DNA from: Bacillales bacterium UBA6865
Lineage (GTDB): Bacteria > Bacillota_I > Bacilli_A > RFN20 > CAG-826
Assembly: GCA_002449265.1 (NCBI GenBank)
Contig: DKCV01000021.1
Location: 45,777 to 109,776, forward strand
DNA: 64,000 nucleotides
Reading direction: 5' to 3'
Shown here: positions 51,079 to 61,109 of the stretch, piece after piece
How the letters are laid out: every line of letters starts with the position of its first letter
Numbering within the stretch: position 1 is the first letter of the stretch
Notes under the pieces: model-generated
The model's input: the letters and a program-made list of their open reading frames with translations, nothing else
Database searches by the model: none
What the model was told of the DNA's origin: nothing
Program-made: the position numbers and the translations under genes

Positions 51079-52250
51079 TCACGAGCAATCATAACTTCTT
51101 CGTCTGTTGGGATGACGGCAACTTTAATTGCGCTATTTTTTGTAGAGATCAAAGCCTCTTCACCATGAAGTTCATCGTTTAATTTTTCATCGATTTCTAG
51201 GTGAAGAGCCTCTTTGACATCATCAAGAACTGCTTTACGGAAATAGCCGCTATTTTCACCAACTCCAGCGCTGAAGATAATTAAATCCGCTCCACCAAGG
51301 CGTACGAAATACGAACCAATATAATCAGCGACTCTTCTTGCCCAAAGTTTGACGGAAGTGATGGCTCTTTCATTGCCTTCTAAGGCGGCCTTTTCAATGT
51401 CACGAGTATCATTGGAGACACCCGAAACGCCTAAGAATCCGCTCTTTTTGTTTAAGATATCGTAGAGTTCGTCTGGGCTAAGTTTGGCATTATCGCAAAG
51501 GTAATCGAATACGCTTGGATCAATATCGCCGCATCGGGTCCCCATCATTACGCCGCCTAGTGGTGTTAATCCCATTGATGTTGCAACGCACTTTCCATCG
51601 CGAATCGCGCATAGGGAAGCTCCTGATCCTAAGTGGCAGGAGATGATTCTAGTTCCCTTACGGTTATCTAAGAAATCTTTATTGCCTTTTATCGCTAGAT
51701 AATTATGACTTGTTCCGTGTGCACCATATCTACGGCAATCGTATTTTTCACTTAATTCATAAGGAATTGGGAATAAGTAATCCTCTTTTTCCATCGTTTG
51801 ATGGAAGGCGGTATCAAATACGGCAATCGCAATCGCGTGAGGCAAAGCTTTTTTAAAAGCGTGGTAACCAACTAGATGTGCTGGCGCGTGCAAAGGGTCC
51901 AAAGGAATTAATTTGGTTACTTTTTCCTCGGTGTCATCGTTAAAATAGGCAGATTTTGAAAAGAATTTACCACCTTGTACGACACGATGACCAACAACTT
52001 TTATCTCCTCTAAATCTTTCACGATTCCATATTCTTTTAAGGCGTTCAAGACGAGATTTACGCCGACACTATGGTCTAAAATAGGAAGAATTTTTTGAAT
52101 TTTTTGCCCATTGTATTTTAAACCGAAGATGCCGTCTTCATGGCCGATTCTTTCGACATTTCCTGAACAAATTACTTTTTCTTCCGGCATTTCGTAGAGC
52201 TTATATTTTAAAGAAGAGCTCCCTGCGTTTACTGCCATGCATTTAATCAT
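51048..52250 (-). CDS. ackA: Acetate kinase
   Basis: 400 aa. VNAGSSSLKYKLY N-terminus and the HLGSGAS / GVGENS motifs. Confidence 0.9.
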   Translation of the reverse strand: MIKCMAVNAGSSSLKYKLYEMPEEKVICSGNVERIGHEDGIFGLKYNGQKIQKILPILDHSVGVNLVLNALKEYGIVKDLEEIKVVGHRVVQGGKFFSKSAYFNDDTEEKVTKLIPLDPLHAPAHLVGYHAFKKALPHAIAIAVFDTAFHQTMEKEDYLFPIPYELSEKYDCRRYGAHGTSHNYLAIKGNKDFLDNRKGTRIISCHLGSGASLCAIRDGKCVATSMGLTPLGGVMMGTRCGDIDPSVFDYLCDNAKLSPDELYDILNKKSGFLGVSGVSNDTRDIEKAALEGNERAITSVKLWARRVADYIGSYFVRLGGADLIIFSAGVGENSGYFRKAVLDDVKEALHLEIDEKLNDELHGEEALISTKNSAIKVAVIPTDEEVMIARDCMKAYEGTL

Positions 52251-52863
52251 TGATTATTACCTCACTTTTTTCGAAAGATATATTAGACTAGATATAAGAA
52301 ACCTTAAAGGCATTTTATCTTAGTTTTCGAGATTAAATTGTCCTTTTTTAGGTGCTTATTTCCTTTTCTATAGCAAAACTTTTTCTCTTTTATTTTTGCA
52401 TATTTCTTTATTTCTCTAGTGCCAAAACTAATCCTTATGGAATACATATTGAGGTAATAAGGTCTCAAGAAGAATCCCGATAATAAAGCCTCGTTAATGG
52501 TTTTCTTCTTTGTTGGAGTATAGAGGTCCTTTTCTTCATATATGGCAAATGTCCTTTCACTCTTAAATAGGCAGGTTTTCGGAAAATTACCAAAAAACTT
52601 TATTGTTTCTTTATGCTTTATCTATACGATTTTTGTTTTGTTTGTGAAATAAGTTAACTTTTAAATATTATGTAAATATTTTCTTCTCTTTTCTGGTTTC
52701 GAAGAAAAACAAATTTTCTTCTATTTCCTAGAAAAAGACTTCTCATTTATTTAAGGAAAAGAAGTGGGCTAGATTCTGAAATTATTGTTTCCTCTTGCAA
52801 TAATTATTTTGGACGAATCTTCCTCTTTTCAAAAAGAAAACAAGCGTATATTCTAAGGCTAAT

Positions 52864-54312
52864 ATGAAAGACACAGCAAAAAAAGAAAGTGGCGGTCCTT
52901 CTCTTAAACTTAATGTAAAACGTACCGCGATCATCGGGTTCGCATTTTTCGGTATCTTGCTATTATGGCAAGTTTACGATTTATGGTGCTCTCCATTTTT
53001 GACTAAGCTCTTTATGGACGCTCTCCACACCGAAAGTTCGGAAGAGGTTCAGTATCTTGTTGGTCTAGTTATGGCCATGGATAATCTTGCAGCTTTAGTT
53101 TTAATGCCTATTTTTGGAAAGCTCAGCGATAAAACACACACGAAAATCGGAAAACGAATGCCTTATATACTTGTTGGAACATTCGTTTGCGCGGTAGCTT
53201 TTCCGTTTATTCCTGTTTTCTTCTATTTTAACAATATCGCAGGCGTTATCGTAATGATGGCTATTGTTGTTTGCTTTGCGATGATGTACCGCAATCCTGC
53301 CGTTGCCTTAATGCCAGATTTAACGCCAAAACCACTTCGTTCAAAAGCCAATGGCATCATCAATATCATGGGCTATATCGGTGGCGCTTTTGCAACAATC
53401 GTAGGGATTTTCTTCGTATACTCCGATTATCTTGGCAAAAGCGGTACAGATAACTGGGCCTATCACAATTTTTGGGTGATTGAGGCACCATTCTTACTTG
53501 CCAGTGTGTTGATGGTGATTTCTGCGCTTGTTCTTTTCTTTAACATCAATGAAAACGAACTTGGCGAAAGACTTGCTAAGGAAATCGAAGAAGGGGAGAA
53601 AGAAGCAGCGGTTGTTGATTCTGTTAGCGATGACACTGAAAAACCGATGAGCAAAGCGAATAAAATTATGCTTTTACTCATTTTGGGGGCTGAATTCTTC
53701 TGGTTCATGTCTGAAAACGGTGTCGGGACGTTTATGATTGTCTATTCATTGGAATATTTAGGAACTTCAACTGCCTCAAATATGATTATGACAATCGTTG
53801 GTGGCATTGGATCTTTATTAGGCTACGCGATTGGTGGATTCATTGCCGCGAAAATCGGACGAAAATGGACAATCGTTTCTGGCCTATCTTTAACCTTGAT
53901 CGGCACGGCTTTATGGTTAATCTTCCAGTCAACCTTAGGAAGAGGGGCACCGATTACCAATACTGCATATTATGCATTCCCTTGGTATCTCTATTTAATT
54001 TGGCCATTAAAAGGATTTGGGATGTCTTTGGTTCACCTCAATAGTTTCCCAATGGTTGTTGAACTTTGCTCCAAAAAGAAAATCGGTCAATTCACTGGCT
54101 ACTACTATATGTCTTCCATGGCCGCCCAAACTGTTACCCCGACTTTGCTTGGATTGCTCTTATTGAATGAACATTTAGATTGGGGTTTTCTTCCAGTCTA
54201 TGCCCTTATCACCTTAACGGCCTCTTTAGGTATCTTCTTCTTTGTGAAAAACGTCAAAACCACCAAGACACAATTTAAAAAGGGTCTAGAAGGAATCGGG
54301 GAGGACGACTAA
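52864..54312 (+). CDS. MFS transporter (GPH / LplT-like architecture with an acidic central cytoplasmic loop)
   Basis: 482 aa with about 12 predicted TM helices. Central loop ERLAKEIEEGEKEAAVVDSVSDDTEKPMSKANK. Substrate unknown. Confidence 0.7.
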   Translation: MKDTAKKESGGPSLKLNVKRTAIIGFAFFGILLLWQVYDLWCSPFLTKLFMDALHTESSEEVQYLVGLVMAMDNLAALVLMPIFGKLSDKTHTKIGKRMPYILVGTFVCAVAFPFIPVFFYFNNIAGVIVMMAIVVCFAMMYRNPAVALMPDLTPKPLRSKANGIINIMGYIGGAFATIVGIFFVYSDYLGKSGTDNWAYHNFWVIEAPFLLASVLMVISALVLFFNINENELGERLAKEIEEGEKEAAVVDSVSDDTEKPMSKANKIMLLLILGAEFFWFMSENGVGTFMIVYSLEYLGTSTASNMIMTIVGGIGSLLGYAIGGFIAAKIGRKWTIVSGLSLTLIGTALWLIFQSTLGRGAPITNTAYYAFPWYLYLIWPLKGFGMSLVHLNSFPMVVELCSKKKIGQFTGYYYMSSMAAQTVTPTLLGLLLLNEHLDWGFLPVYALITLTASLGIFFFVKNVKTTKTQFKKGLEGIGEDD

Positions 54313-55289
54313 TGCCTGCCATTCTCACTCATTATTCTTTTGCTTCCGATATGCTTTCCCATTGCTCTTCCTCTTTCCAGAAGGCAATTTTTATTGGAAC
54401 CCAAGGCCCTGACCCATTCTTTTTCTATGGGCAACTTCCTTGGAAAAGAAGGAGTAAGGATCACTTAGAAGTGAATCGATTTGGTAGTTTCCTTCATCAT
54501 ACGGATATTGCTCCTATCTATAGCGCGATGATGAAAATCGCTTCTAATTCGAAAGATAAAGAACTTTATTTTGCCTATATTGAAGGGCTTTGGCTCCATT
54601 ATTGTCTCGATCGAGAATGTCACGCTTATATTTTTCCTTCAAGTGGTTTTTCTAGTGACCCAATCGTGAACAAAAGATACGGCGTTTTGCATACTTATTT
54701 TGAAACGATGATAGATTCGTTGATCAGCACATTGAAAGGGATTTATACCGTTAGACCACAAAAATACCTTTCTATATCACGAAAAGAACTCCGCAAAATC
54801 AGCTTGCTTTGGTACAAAACGAATTTAGAAACGCTTAATGATCCTTCTATTCACGAAAATACGTTTTATCTTTCTTTAAAGGATTACCGCTCAGTTTTGC
54901 GTCTTACGAATACGCCTCATTATTTTTCGAAAGCGTTTATTACTCTTATTTCTGGAAAAGATTCCTTACCTAGCGCGATGAATATCCCTAACCATATCCC
55001 ATCTAAGCTTTCTTCTGTAGACTTTTTAAATAAGAATCACTCCTCTTGGCCAGATATGGTAAACGGCAAAAAACATACGGAATCTTTCTTTGAACTAGAA
55101 GACCTTGCAAAAAGAGATTTTATTGAGGTTCATCGTTTGATTGAACGCGCAAAAAGTGGGGAAGACGTATTAAAGGAACTTTCGCTTTTTGTTGGTTCAA
55201 TTTGTCATGATGGTTGTAACCCCTCCTTACAAAAGCGATTTGCGAAACCGCGTTGGCCTCTTTCTATGCTTCCACAAGAGGAACATTAA
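54312..55289 (+). CDS. Putative metal-dependent hydrolase (zinc-dependent phospholipase C-like family)
   Basis: 325 aa. N-terminus MPAILTHYSFA with several conserved His (HH, LHYCLDRECHAY) reminiscent of PF00882-like proteins of Firmicutes. Start overlaps the MFS stop (TAATG). The call is tentative. Confidence 0.35.
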   Translation: MPAILTHYSFASDMLSHCSSSFQKAIFIGTQGPDPFFFYGQLPWKRRSKDHLEVNRFGSFLHHTDIAPIYSAMMKIASNSKDKELYFAYIEGLWLHYCLDRECHAYIFPSSGFSSDPIVNKRYGVLHTYFETMIDSLISTLKGIYTVRPQKYLSISRKELRKISLLWYKTNLETLNDPSIHENTFYLSLKDYRSVLRLTNTPHYFSKAFITLISGKDSLPSAMNIPNHIPSKLSSVDFLNKNHSSWPDMVNGKKHTESFFELEDLAKRDFIEVHRLIERAKSGEDVLKELSLFVGSICHDGCNPSLQKRFAKPRWPLSMLPQEEH

Positions 55290-55973
55290 ATGGAAAAAAA
55301 TTATTTGATTTATAGTGTTGAAGACGATGAAGATATTTCTGAAATCATCTTGTTGACGTTAAAAAAACAAGGATATCAGGTTGTTTCCTTTCTTGATGGG
55401 GAAAGCTTTTTAGCGGCTTTTTCCAAGCGGAAACCCGATTTAATTCTTCTCGATTTGATGTTGCCTGGGATACAAGGAAATGAAATCATTAGCAAAATTC
55501 GTTCAAATAAAGAGAATCGCGCGATTGAAATCATTGTTATTAGCGCTAAACACCTTGTTAAAGATAAAGTCATGGCGCTTGATTTAGGTGCGGATGATTA
55601 TTTAGAAAAGCCATTTGATTTATTAGAGCTTATGAGTCGTGTGAACGCTCATCTTCGTCATAAGGAAGCGGAAATGGTTCTCCAATATGGCGATCTTTCG
55701 CTTAACCAAAACAATCTGGCCTTTGAAGTAAAAGGACATAATGTCGTTTTAACCAAAAATGAGTTTGAAATTATGCGCTTATTTTTGGAAAATCCGGAGA
55801 AAGTAATTTCTCGTTCCGCCTTAGCAATGGAGCTATATCATGACGAGAAACGGGCGGACGGGAAATCCCTTGATATGCTCATCCGTTCTCTTCGCAATAA
55901 ACTTCTTGCTTATAACGAAAACGTTCTTGTTTCTATTTATGGAAGCGGCTATAAATTAATTAAGAATGAATAA
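55290..55973 (+). CDS. OmpR-family response regulator
   Basis: 227 aa. Receiver domain (acidic N-terminus, LILLDLMLPG, K in SAKHL) and a winged-helix C-terminus. Start abuts the upstream stop. Confidence 0.85.
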   Translation: MEKNYLIYSVEDDEDISEIILLTLKKQGYQVVSFLDGESFLAAFSKRKPDLILLDLMLPGIQGNEIISKIRSNKENRAIEIIVISAKHLVKDKVMALDLGADDYLEKPFDLLELMSRVNAHLRHKEAEMVLQYGDLSLNQNNLAFEVKGHNVVLTKNEFEIMRLFLENPEKVISRSALAMELYHDEKRADGKSLDMLIRSLRNKLLAYNENVLVSIYGSGYKLIKNE

Positions 55974-57630
55974 GAAGGCACTTTCTTTGCGAGATTTCAT
56001 TGTTTATACCTTTTTCTTTATACTCTATTTAGGCGGATTTTTAGGAGTCTATTTCTCTAGCACGTTCCAAGTCGATTCGTCTTTAAAAAATTATGAAGAA
56101 ACCGTTCTTAATTTGTACCAAGAAGAAAAAGATAACGTGATTGAAATCTTTCGTAACGATGAACGCTATATAGCGATATTCGATTCTAAAAAACTTACCT
56201 TTGTTTCTAATCATAATGAAAGCGGGGACTACAAAGAAGAAATCGTTAATAAGAAATTATCGTCTTCTTTTGAAGAAAATGTCGCTGGAATTAATTACCG
56301 TTTAAACTATTTTAAAATAGATAATGGATACCTTAAAATCGGTGTTTCTCTTCCAAAGTCCCTAATCATTTCTAAGTGGTTTTTAATCGCTGGCACACCG
56401 ATTCTTTTTCTTGTATTTTTGCTTAGCTATCTATTCATGTCGAAAAAGATTAAGAATTCTTTTTTGGCCCTCAATAGCCAAGTCAGAAGACTAGAAGAAG
56501 TGGGCGGCTTGGCGAGAGAAGAAGGAAAATATCAAGATTCGATTGATTTGCTTACGAAAGCCGTGCGTCAATCGCGTAAAGCCGTGGACAAAGAATTGAA
56601 AGAAGCGGAATTAGCAAGGCAGAAGAATGATTTTATTCTCGATTCTTTCTCACAAGCCCTCATTGTTATAAATGGTGATTTCAAGATAGAAATCTTTAAT
56701 AAAAAAGCCGCTGAAGTCTTTGGAATTTCTCAAAAGGATGCTTTGGGAATGAAGGCTAACTTTCTAGATAAATACGATTCTGAGCTCGCTAGGAAAGCGC
56801 ACCTAGCCATGAATGCTCTAATTTCTTCAACTACTTTTGAAAAAATTGATAACCGCGTCTTTGAAACCTCGATAGAACCATTAGATTTTTCTTGGACACA
56901 AGGTGAAAAAGTCAATGGGGTTTCTCTATTACTCGTGGATGTAACGGAAAGTTATCATAGTTCTTCCATGAAACGAGATTTCTTCGCAAATGCCTCTCAC
57001 GAATTGAAGAGCCCATTAACTTCCATTTTGGGATATCAAGAGATGATTCGAAATGGAATTTTTACGACCAAAGAAGAGATCGGTTTAGCGGTAAATAAGA
57101 CAATCAAAGAGGCAAAGCGGATGAATAAAATCATTATGGATATGCTCACAATCAGTAATCTAGAAAATGAAAATTTACGGCCCATCGAAGAAATTCCTGT
57201 TTCGAAAGCAATCGATGAAATTCTTTCATCTAGCGAACTCCTTTTGCAAGAAAAGAAAATTACGGTCCATCATCAAACTAGTCCGTTAATCTTAAAGATG
57301 AATTCAGACGATTTTGAAAAACTTTTCCGCAACCTCATTGAAAACGCAATTCGTTATAACAAAGAAAACGGTGAAATCTTTATTGCGGAAGACAACGTTT
57401 CCAAAACAATCAGTGTCGCGGATACTGGAATCGGCATTAAAAAAGAGGATTGCGCAAGGATCTTTGAACGCTTTTACCGCGTTGATAAGGCTAGGAGCAG
57501 AGAAAATGGCGGAACTGGCTTAGGACTAGCAATCGCTAAATATGTTTGTTCCTATTATCATTTTACGATTGAAGTAAAAAGCGAACTAGGAAGAGGGACC
57601 GTTTTTATCATCCGCACAAAAAGTAAATAA
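55966..57630 (+). CDS. Sensor histidine kinase (two TMs, HAMP/PAS-like region, HisKA, HATPase_c)
   Basis: 554 aa. H-box FFANASHELKSPLTSILGY, N-box, G-boxes (DTGIGI, GGTGLGLAI). Overlaps the response-regulator stop. Confidence 0.85.
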   Translation: MNKKALSLRDFIVYTFFFILYLGGFLGVYFSSTFQVDSSLKNYEETVLNLYQEEKDNVIEIFRNDERYIAIFDSKKLTFVSNHNESGDYKEEIVNKKLSSSFEENVAGINYRLNYFKIDNGYLKIGVSLPKSLIISKWFLIAGTPILFLVFLLSYLFMSKKIKNSFLALNSQVRRLEEVGGLAREEGKYQDSIDLLTKAVRQSRKAVDKELKEAELARQKNDFILDSFSQALIVINGDFKIEIFNKKAAEVFGISQKDALGMKANFLDKYDSELARKAHLAMNALISSTTFEKIDNRVFETSIEPLDFSWTQGEKVNGVSLLLVDVTESYHSSSMKRDFFANASHELKSPLTSILGYQEMIRNGIFTTKEEIGLAVNKTIKEAKRMNKIIMDMLTISNLENENLRPIEEIPVSKAIDEILSSSELLLQEKKITVHHQTSPLILKMNSDDFEKLFRNLIENAIRYNKENGEIFIAEDNVSKTISVADTGIGIKKEDCARIFERFYRVDKARSRENGGTGLGLAIAKYVCSYYHFTIEVKSELGRGTVFIIRTKSK

Positions 57631-57804
57631 ACAATTACTTTTTATTATTTTTCGTTTTCATTAAATAAATACGAAAATACGGCTAAATGTATGAATCTTT
57701 TCATTAAAAAGTAATATAAAAGTAAGTTTCTCCTTGTAATGAAAGGGCTTACATACTAAAGTTATAGTAAGCTAATTCATAAACATATTTACAAGGAGGC
57801 TTTT

Positions 57805-59214
57805 ATGAAAAGTAGCAACAAAAAACATTTGGCACTAGCCGCCGCCTTACTATTATCAGCAGGAGCGTTAGCTTCCTGCGGAAATAGTGATTCGGCTAAC
57901 CGGAAAAAAGTGGAAGCGGCTGTTGCTGACGCAGAGAATTTGACTCGTGATGAGCTCATGAAGAAAGCGGCAGTGGAACTCGGCACGAACGAATTTAAGT
58001 TTCTCGCAACTACCTCTCGCGGAGGAAAAGATCCTGTTAAGAATGGCTTTGTCGCCGAACTTAATAAATACAATAAGGATATTAAAGCCACGCAGATTAA
58101 ATACGATAGTACGGTTGATGGACAAGTCTATACGACATTAAGCGGTGAAATCGATAGCGGAACCCATGGCTATAACGCTGCGATTGTGCAAGATGGGTAT
58201 CAACTTCAAAAGAAAGGAATCGATGCGAAGCGTTTCATTAATTACGTTCCAAAAGAATGGAAAGATGATAAGGATACCAATAAAGATGTCGATTCCAATC
58301 CAATGTCTCTCCAATACAATTTCAAAACTTGGATGGTCAATAACAAAAATAAAGATACTGTCATTGATAACGTTTGGGATATCGCGAGCAAAAAATACAA
58401 AGGCAAGCTTGATACCATGGATCCTAGAAACGAAAACGTCAATATGGATTGGCTTATCATGCTAACCCAAGATTCTTGGTGCGATAATCTTAAAACGTGT
58501 TTTGAAGACGCTAGCAACGACGCAAAAAGTGAAATCGATATTGAAGCATATAAGAGCTACGGCGATAAGAAGAAATATGCATACGCTTTTATTGCGAAAT
58601 TTATCGAAAACGCCACATTCTACGCTGATGATGGAAAGGCCATCAATAATCTCATAAAAACGCCTGGAAATATCGGATGGATCGTTTATTCAAAACTCCT
58701 CACCATTCAAGAAACTGAGAAAACAACCAAAAAAGATATCACGGTTGCACCTCTAGGCGAGGGAAACGAAGACGGAAGCACGATAGCATCTAGCGCGATG
58801 AAAGGATTTGGCGGATTTATGTATAAGCATTATCTCCAAGTCATGCCAACTGCCGATTACCCATATACCGCCTGTGCTTTCTTGAATTACATCAGCACGA
58901 CAAAGACTGGCTATAGCCAATGGGCAAGTGACGTGGGCGATTATCCAACAATGCCATCTATTAACTTAAATCGTACGAAAAATGGCCACGGAACGCTTGT
59001 TGATGCGAAGGATAAAGATGGCAATTCCTATAAAAAGCTCGTCCAAAAAGATGATGATCCAAATTTATTCCCTTGTTTAAACGATCCTTCTGGTTCTTGG
59101 TGGAACGATTCTTCCAAAGGCAATGCCGTGATTGAGACGCCAAGTTATATTGCTCCTCAATATCCAGCCGTTCGTCAATTCATTGACAAAGCGCTTGCTA
59201 GTAAAGGCAAATAA
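57805..59214 (+). CDS. ABC transporter substrate-binding lipoprotein (family 1 type, substrate unknown)
   Basis: 469 aa. Lipoprotein signal MKSSNKKHLALAAALLLSAGALASCGNS. Upstream of a duplicated permease and a MalK/PotA-type ATPase. Confidence 0.7.
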   Translation: MKSSNKKHLALAAALLLSAGALASCGNSDSANRKKVEAAVADAENLTRDELMKKAAVELGTNEFKFLATTSRGGKDPVKNGFVAELNKYNKDIKATQIKYDSTVDGQVYTTLSGEIDSGTHGYNAAIVQDGYQLQKKGIDAKRFINYVPKEWKDDKDTNKDVDSNPMSLQYNFKTWMVNNKNKDTVIDNVWDIASKKYKGKLDTMDPRNENVNMDWLIMLTQDSWCDNLKTCFEDASNDAKSEIDIEAYKSYGDKKKYAYAFIAKFIENATFYADDGKAINNLIKTPGNIGWIVYSKLLTIQETEKTTKKDITVAPLGEGNEDGSTIASSAMKGFGGFMYKHYLQVMPTADYPYTACAFLNYISTTKTGYSQWASDVGDYPTMPSINLNRTKNGHGTLVDAKDKDGNSYKKLVQKDDDPNLFPCLNDPSGSWWNDSSKGNAVIETPSYIAPQYPAVRQFIDKALASKGK

Positions 59215-59228
59215 TTAATCTAAAAAGT

Positions 59229-59259
59229 CGGGGCAAGTAGGCGATATCTATTTGCCCCG
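59229..59259 (+). promoter_or_regulatory. Intercistronic stem-loop between the binding-protein and permease genes
   Basis: CGGGGCAA gtaggcgatatctat TTGCCCCG: a perfect 8-bp GC-rich stem with no strong U-tract. Probably a partial terminator or mRNA stabiliser. Confidence 0.5.
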
Positions 59260-59281
59260 TATTTAGAAAGGAGTGCAGCCT

Positions 59282-61108
59282 ATGACCGAGTCGAATGTAG
59301 CGCATAATGAGTTTTCAAAGAAACTAAAAAAAGATTGGAATAACGCCGTTACTTTTTTCGGAATTCCTGCGAATACTTTGCTCGTTTTCTTTGGAATCTT
59401 ATTATTAGCGCTGAATATCGTGCCAATTTTTACCGTTTTCATTGATTCTTTTACTGTTCACGAAATGGAATATGTCCCAAATGCGACAACGGGAAGTTGG
59501 ACGGCTTATCATTATTACGAACTATTTGGAAGTGAAACTTCGGTAGGTTTTTTCTGGCAACCATTCGCCAATTCGTTACTTGTTTCTTTCTTATCTTGCG
59601 CCTTTGCGATTGTATTTGGCGGACTTACGGCTTATTTAGTTTGCCGAACCAACATGCCGTTTAAGAGATTTATTTCCGCGATTTTTATTTTTCCTTATAT
59701 CATGCCGCAGTGGACTTTGGCATTATTTTGGAAGAATTTATTCATCAATGACCAAATTACCGGTGGCTATGTTGGTGAATGGCAAGCTTTATTCGGACAA
59801 GCGATGCCAGAGTGGTGGGTATATGGCCCGTTCCCAATTGCTTTTGTCATGGGGCTACATTATGCGCCTTTTGCTTACATTCTCATTGGCGGAGTTCTCC
59901 GCAATATGGATTCGAATTTAGAAGAAGCAGCGACAATTCTCAATATTCCTAAATGGAAAGTGTTCACTCGCGTTACTATCCCTATGATTCAACCGGCGAT
60001 TATGAGTACAATCCTACTTGTCTTTTCGGCGGCAATGAGTTCATATCCAGTCGCGCAAACTTTAGGTACTCCCGCTAACTATTTCGTATTAGCGGTTCAA
60101 ATGAAAGCCTTCATCACGGGTAGTGGAGGCACTCAAATTGGGCAAGGGGCAATTGTTTCTTTGGTGCTGATTATCATCGGCGTATTGATCTTAGCGATAA
60201 ACCAGGCTCAGATTGGTGGAAGAAAGCAATTTACGACCGTGACTGGAAAAAGCGGACAAATCAGTAAAAAGAATCTTGGAAAAGTTGGCCGCTACGTTAT
60301 TGGCGGATTAATGATTGCGTTTGTCATTTTCTTCTGCGTTGGTCCAATGGTTTCCTTTGCTTTAGAATCGCTACTCCCTAATCCAGGCGACTATTCTAGT
60401 GGCTTAACGTTACGGTATTGGAATTCTAGCGATGTCGTTAGAAATGACGTTCATGGCGTTTTCTATGAGCCGAAATTATGGCTAGCACTAAAAAATTCTA
60501 TTCTTCTTTCCGTTTGTTGCAGCTTGCTTGCTGGTACTAGTGGATTATTAATTGGCTATGCGGTTGCTAGAAAAAGGAAGAGCAAGCTTGCGAAAGCCGT
60601 TAATGGTTTAGCTTTCTTTCCGTATTTACTTCCTTCCATTTCTCTCAGTGCGATTTTCTTGCTTCTATCGATGAACATTAAGTTCCTCTACAAAACGCCG
60701 ATTCTTGTTTGCATTATTTTAGGAACGATGAAATACATTCCTTTCGCTTCGAGAAGCTCCCTTAATGCGATGATGCAATTATCGGGTGAAATCGAAGAAG
60801 CGGCTGTAATTCAAAATGTCCCATGGGTAAAGCGAATGGGGAAAGTGATTTTCCCTATTCAAAAAAGTGCTTTTATCTCGGGGTATTTGCTGCCATTCAT
60901 CTCCTGCATGAGAGAATATAATCTTTTTGCTTTTATTGGGGATAACCAAATTACTTTAACCCGTTACATGTATTTCTTAGAGGATACGGGCATTGCCGCT
61001 TTAGAGAACGCAGCCAACTTAATCCTTGTTATTATCATTTTGCTATGCAACTGGCTTGTTACCTTACTAACAGGAGCAAGTGTCGATAAAGGCATCGGAG
61101 GTAAATAA
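59282..61108 (+). CDS. ABC transporter permease, fused duplicated transmembrane domains (two EAA loops)
   Basis: About 609 aa. RBS GAAAGGAG upstream of the ATG at 59282. Two binding-protein-dependent permease modules with EAA motifs (EEAATILNIPKWKVF and EEAAVIQNVPWVKRM). Confidence 0.75.
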   Translation: MTESNVAHNEFSKKLKKDWNNAVTFFGIPANTLLVFFGILLLALNIVPIFTVFIDSFTVHEMEYVPNATTGSWTAYHYYELFGSETSVGFFWQPFANSLLVSFLSCAFAIVFGGLTAYLVCRTNMPFKRFISAIFIFPYIMPQWTLALFWKNLFINDQITGGYVGEWQALFGQAMPEWWVYGPFPIAFVMGLHYAPFAYILIGGVLRNMDSNLEEAATILNIPKWKVFTRVTIPMIQPAIMSTILLVFSAAMSSYPVAQTLGTPANYFVLAVQMKAFITGSGGTQIGQGAIVSLVLIIIGVLILAINQAQIGGRKQFTTVTGKSGQISKKNLGKVGRYVIGGLMIAFVIFFCVGPMVSFALESLLPNPGDYSSGLTLRYWNSSDVVRNDVHGVFYEPKLWLALKNSILLSVCCSLLAGTSGLLIGYAVARKRKSKLAKAVNGLAFFPYLLPSISLSAIFLLLSMNIKFLYKTPILVCIILGTMKYIPFASRSSLNAMMQLSGEIEEAAVIQNVPWVKRMGKVIFPIQKSAFISGYLLPFISCMREYNLFAFIGDNQITLTRYMYFLEDTGIAALENAANLILVIIILLCNWLVTLLTGASVDKGIGGK

Positions 61109-61109
61109 A

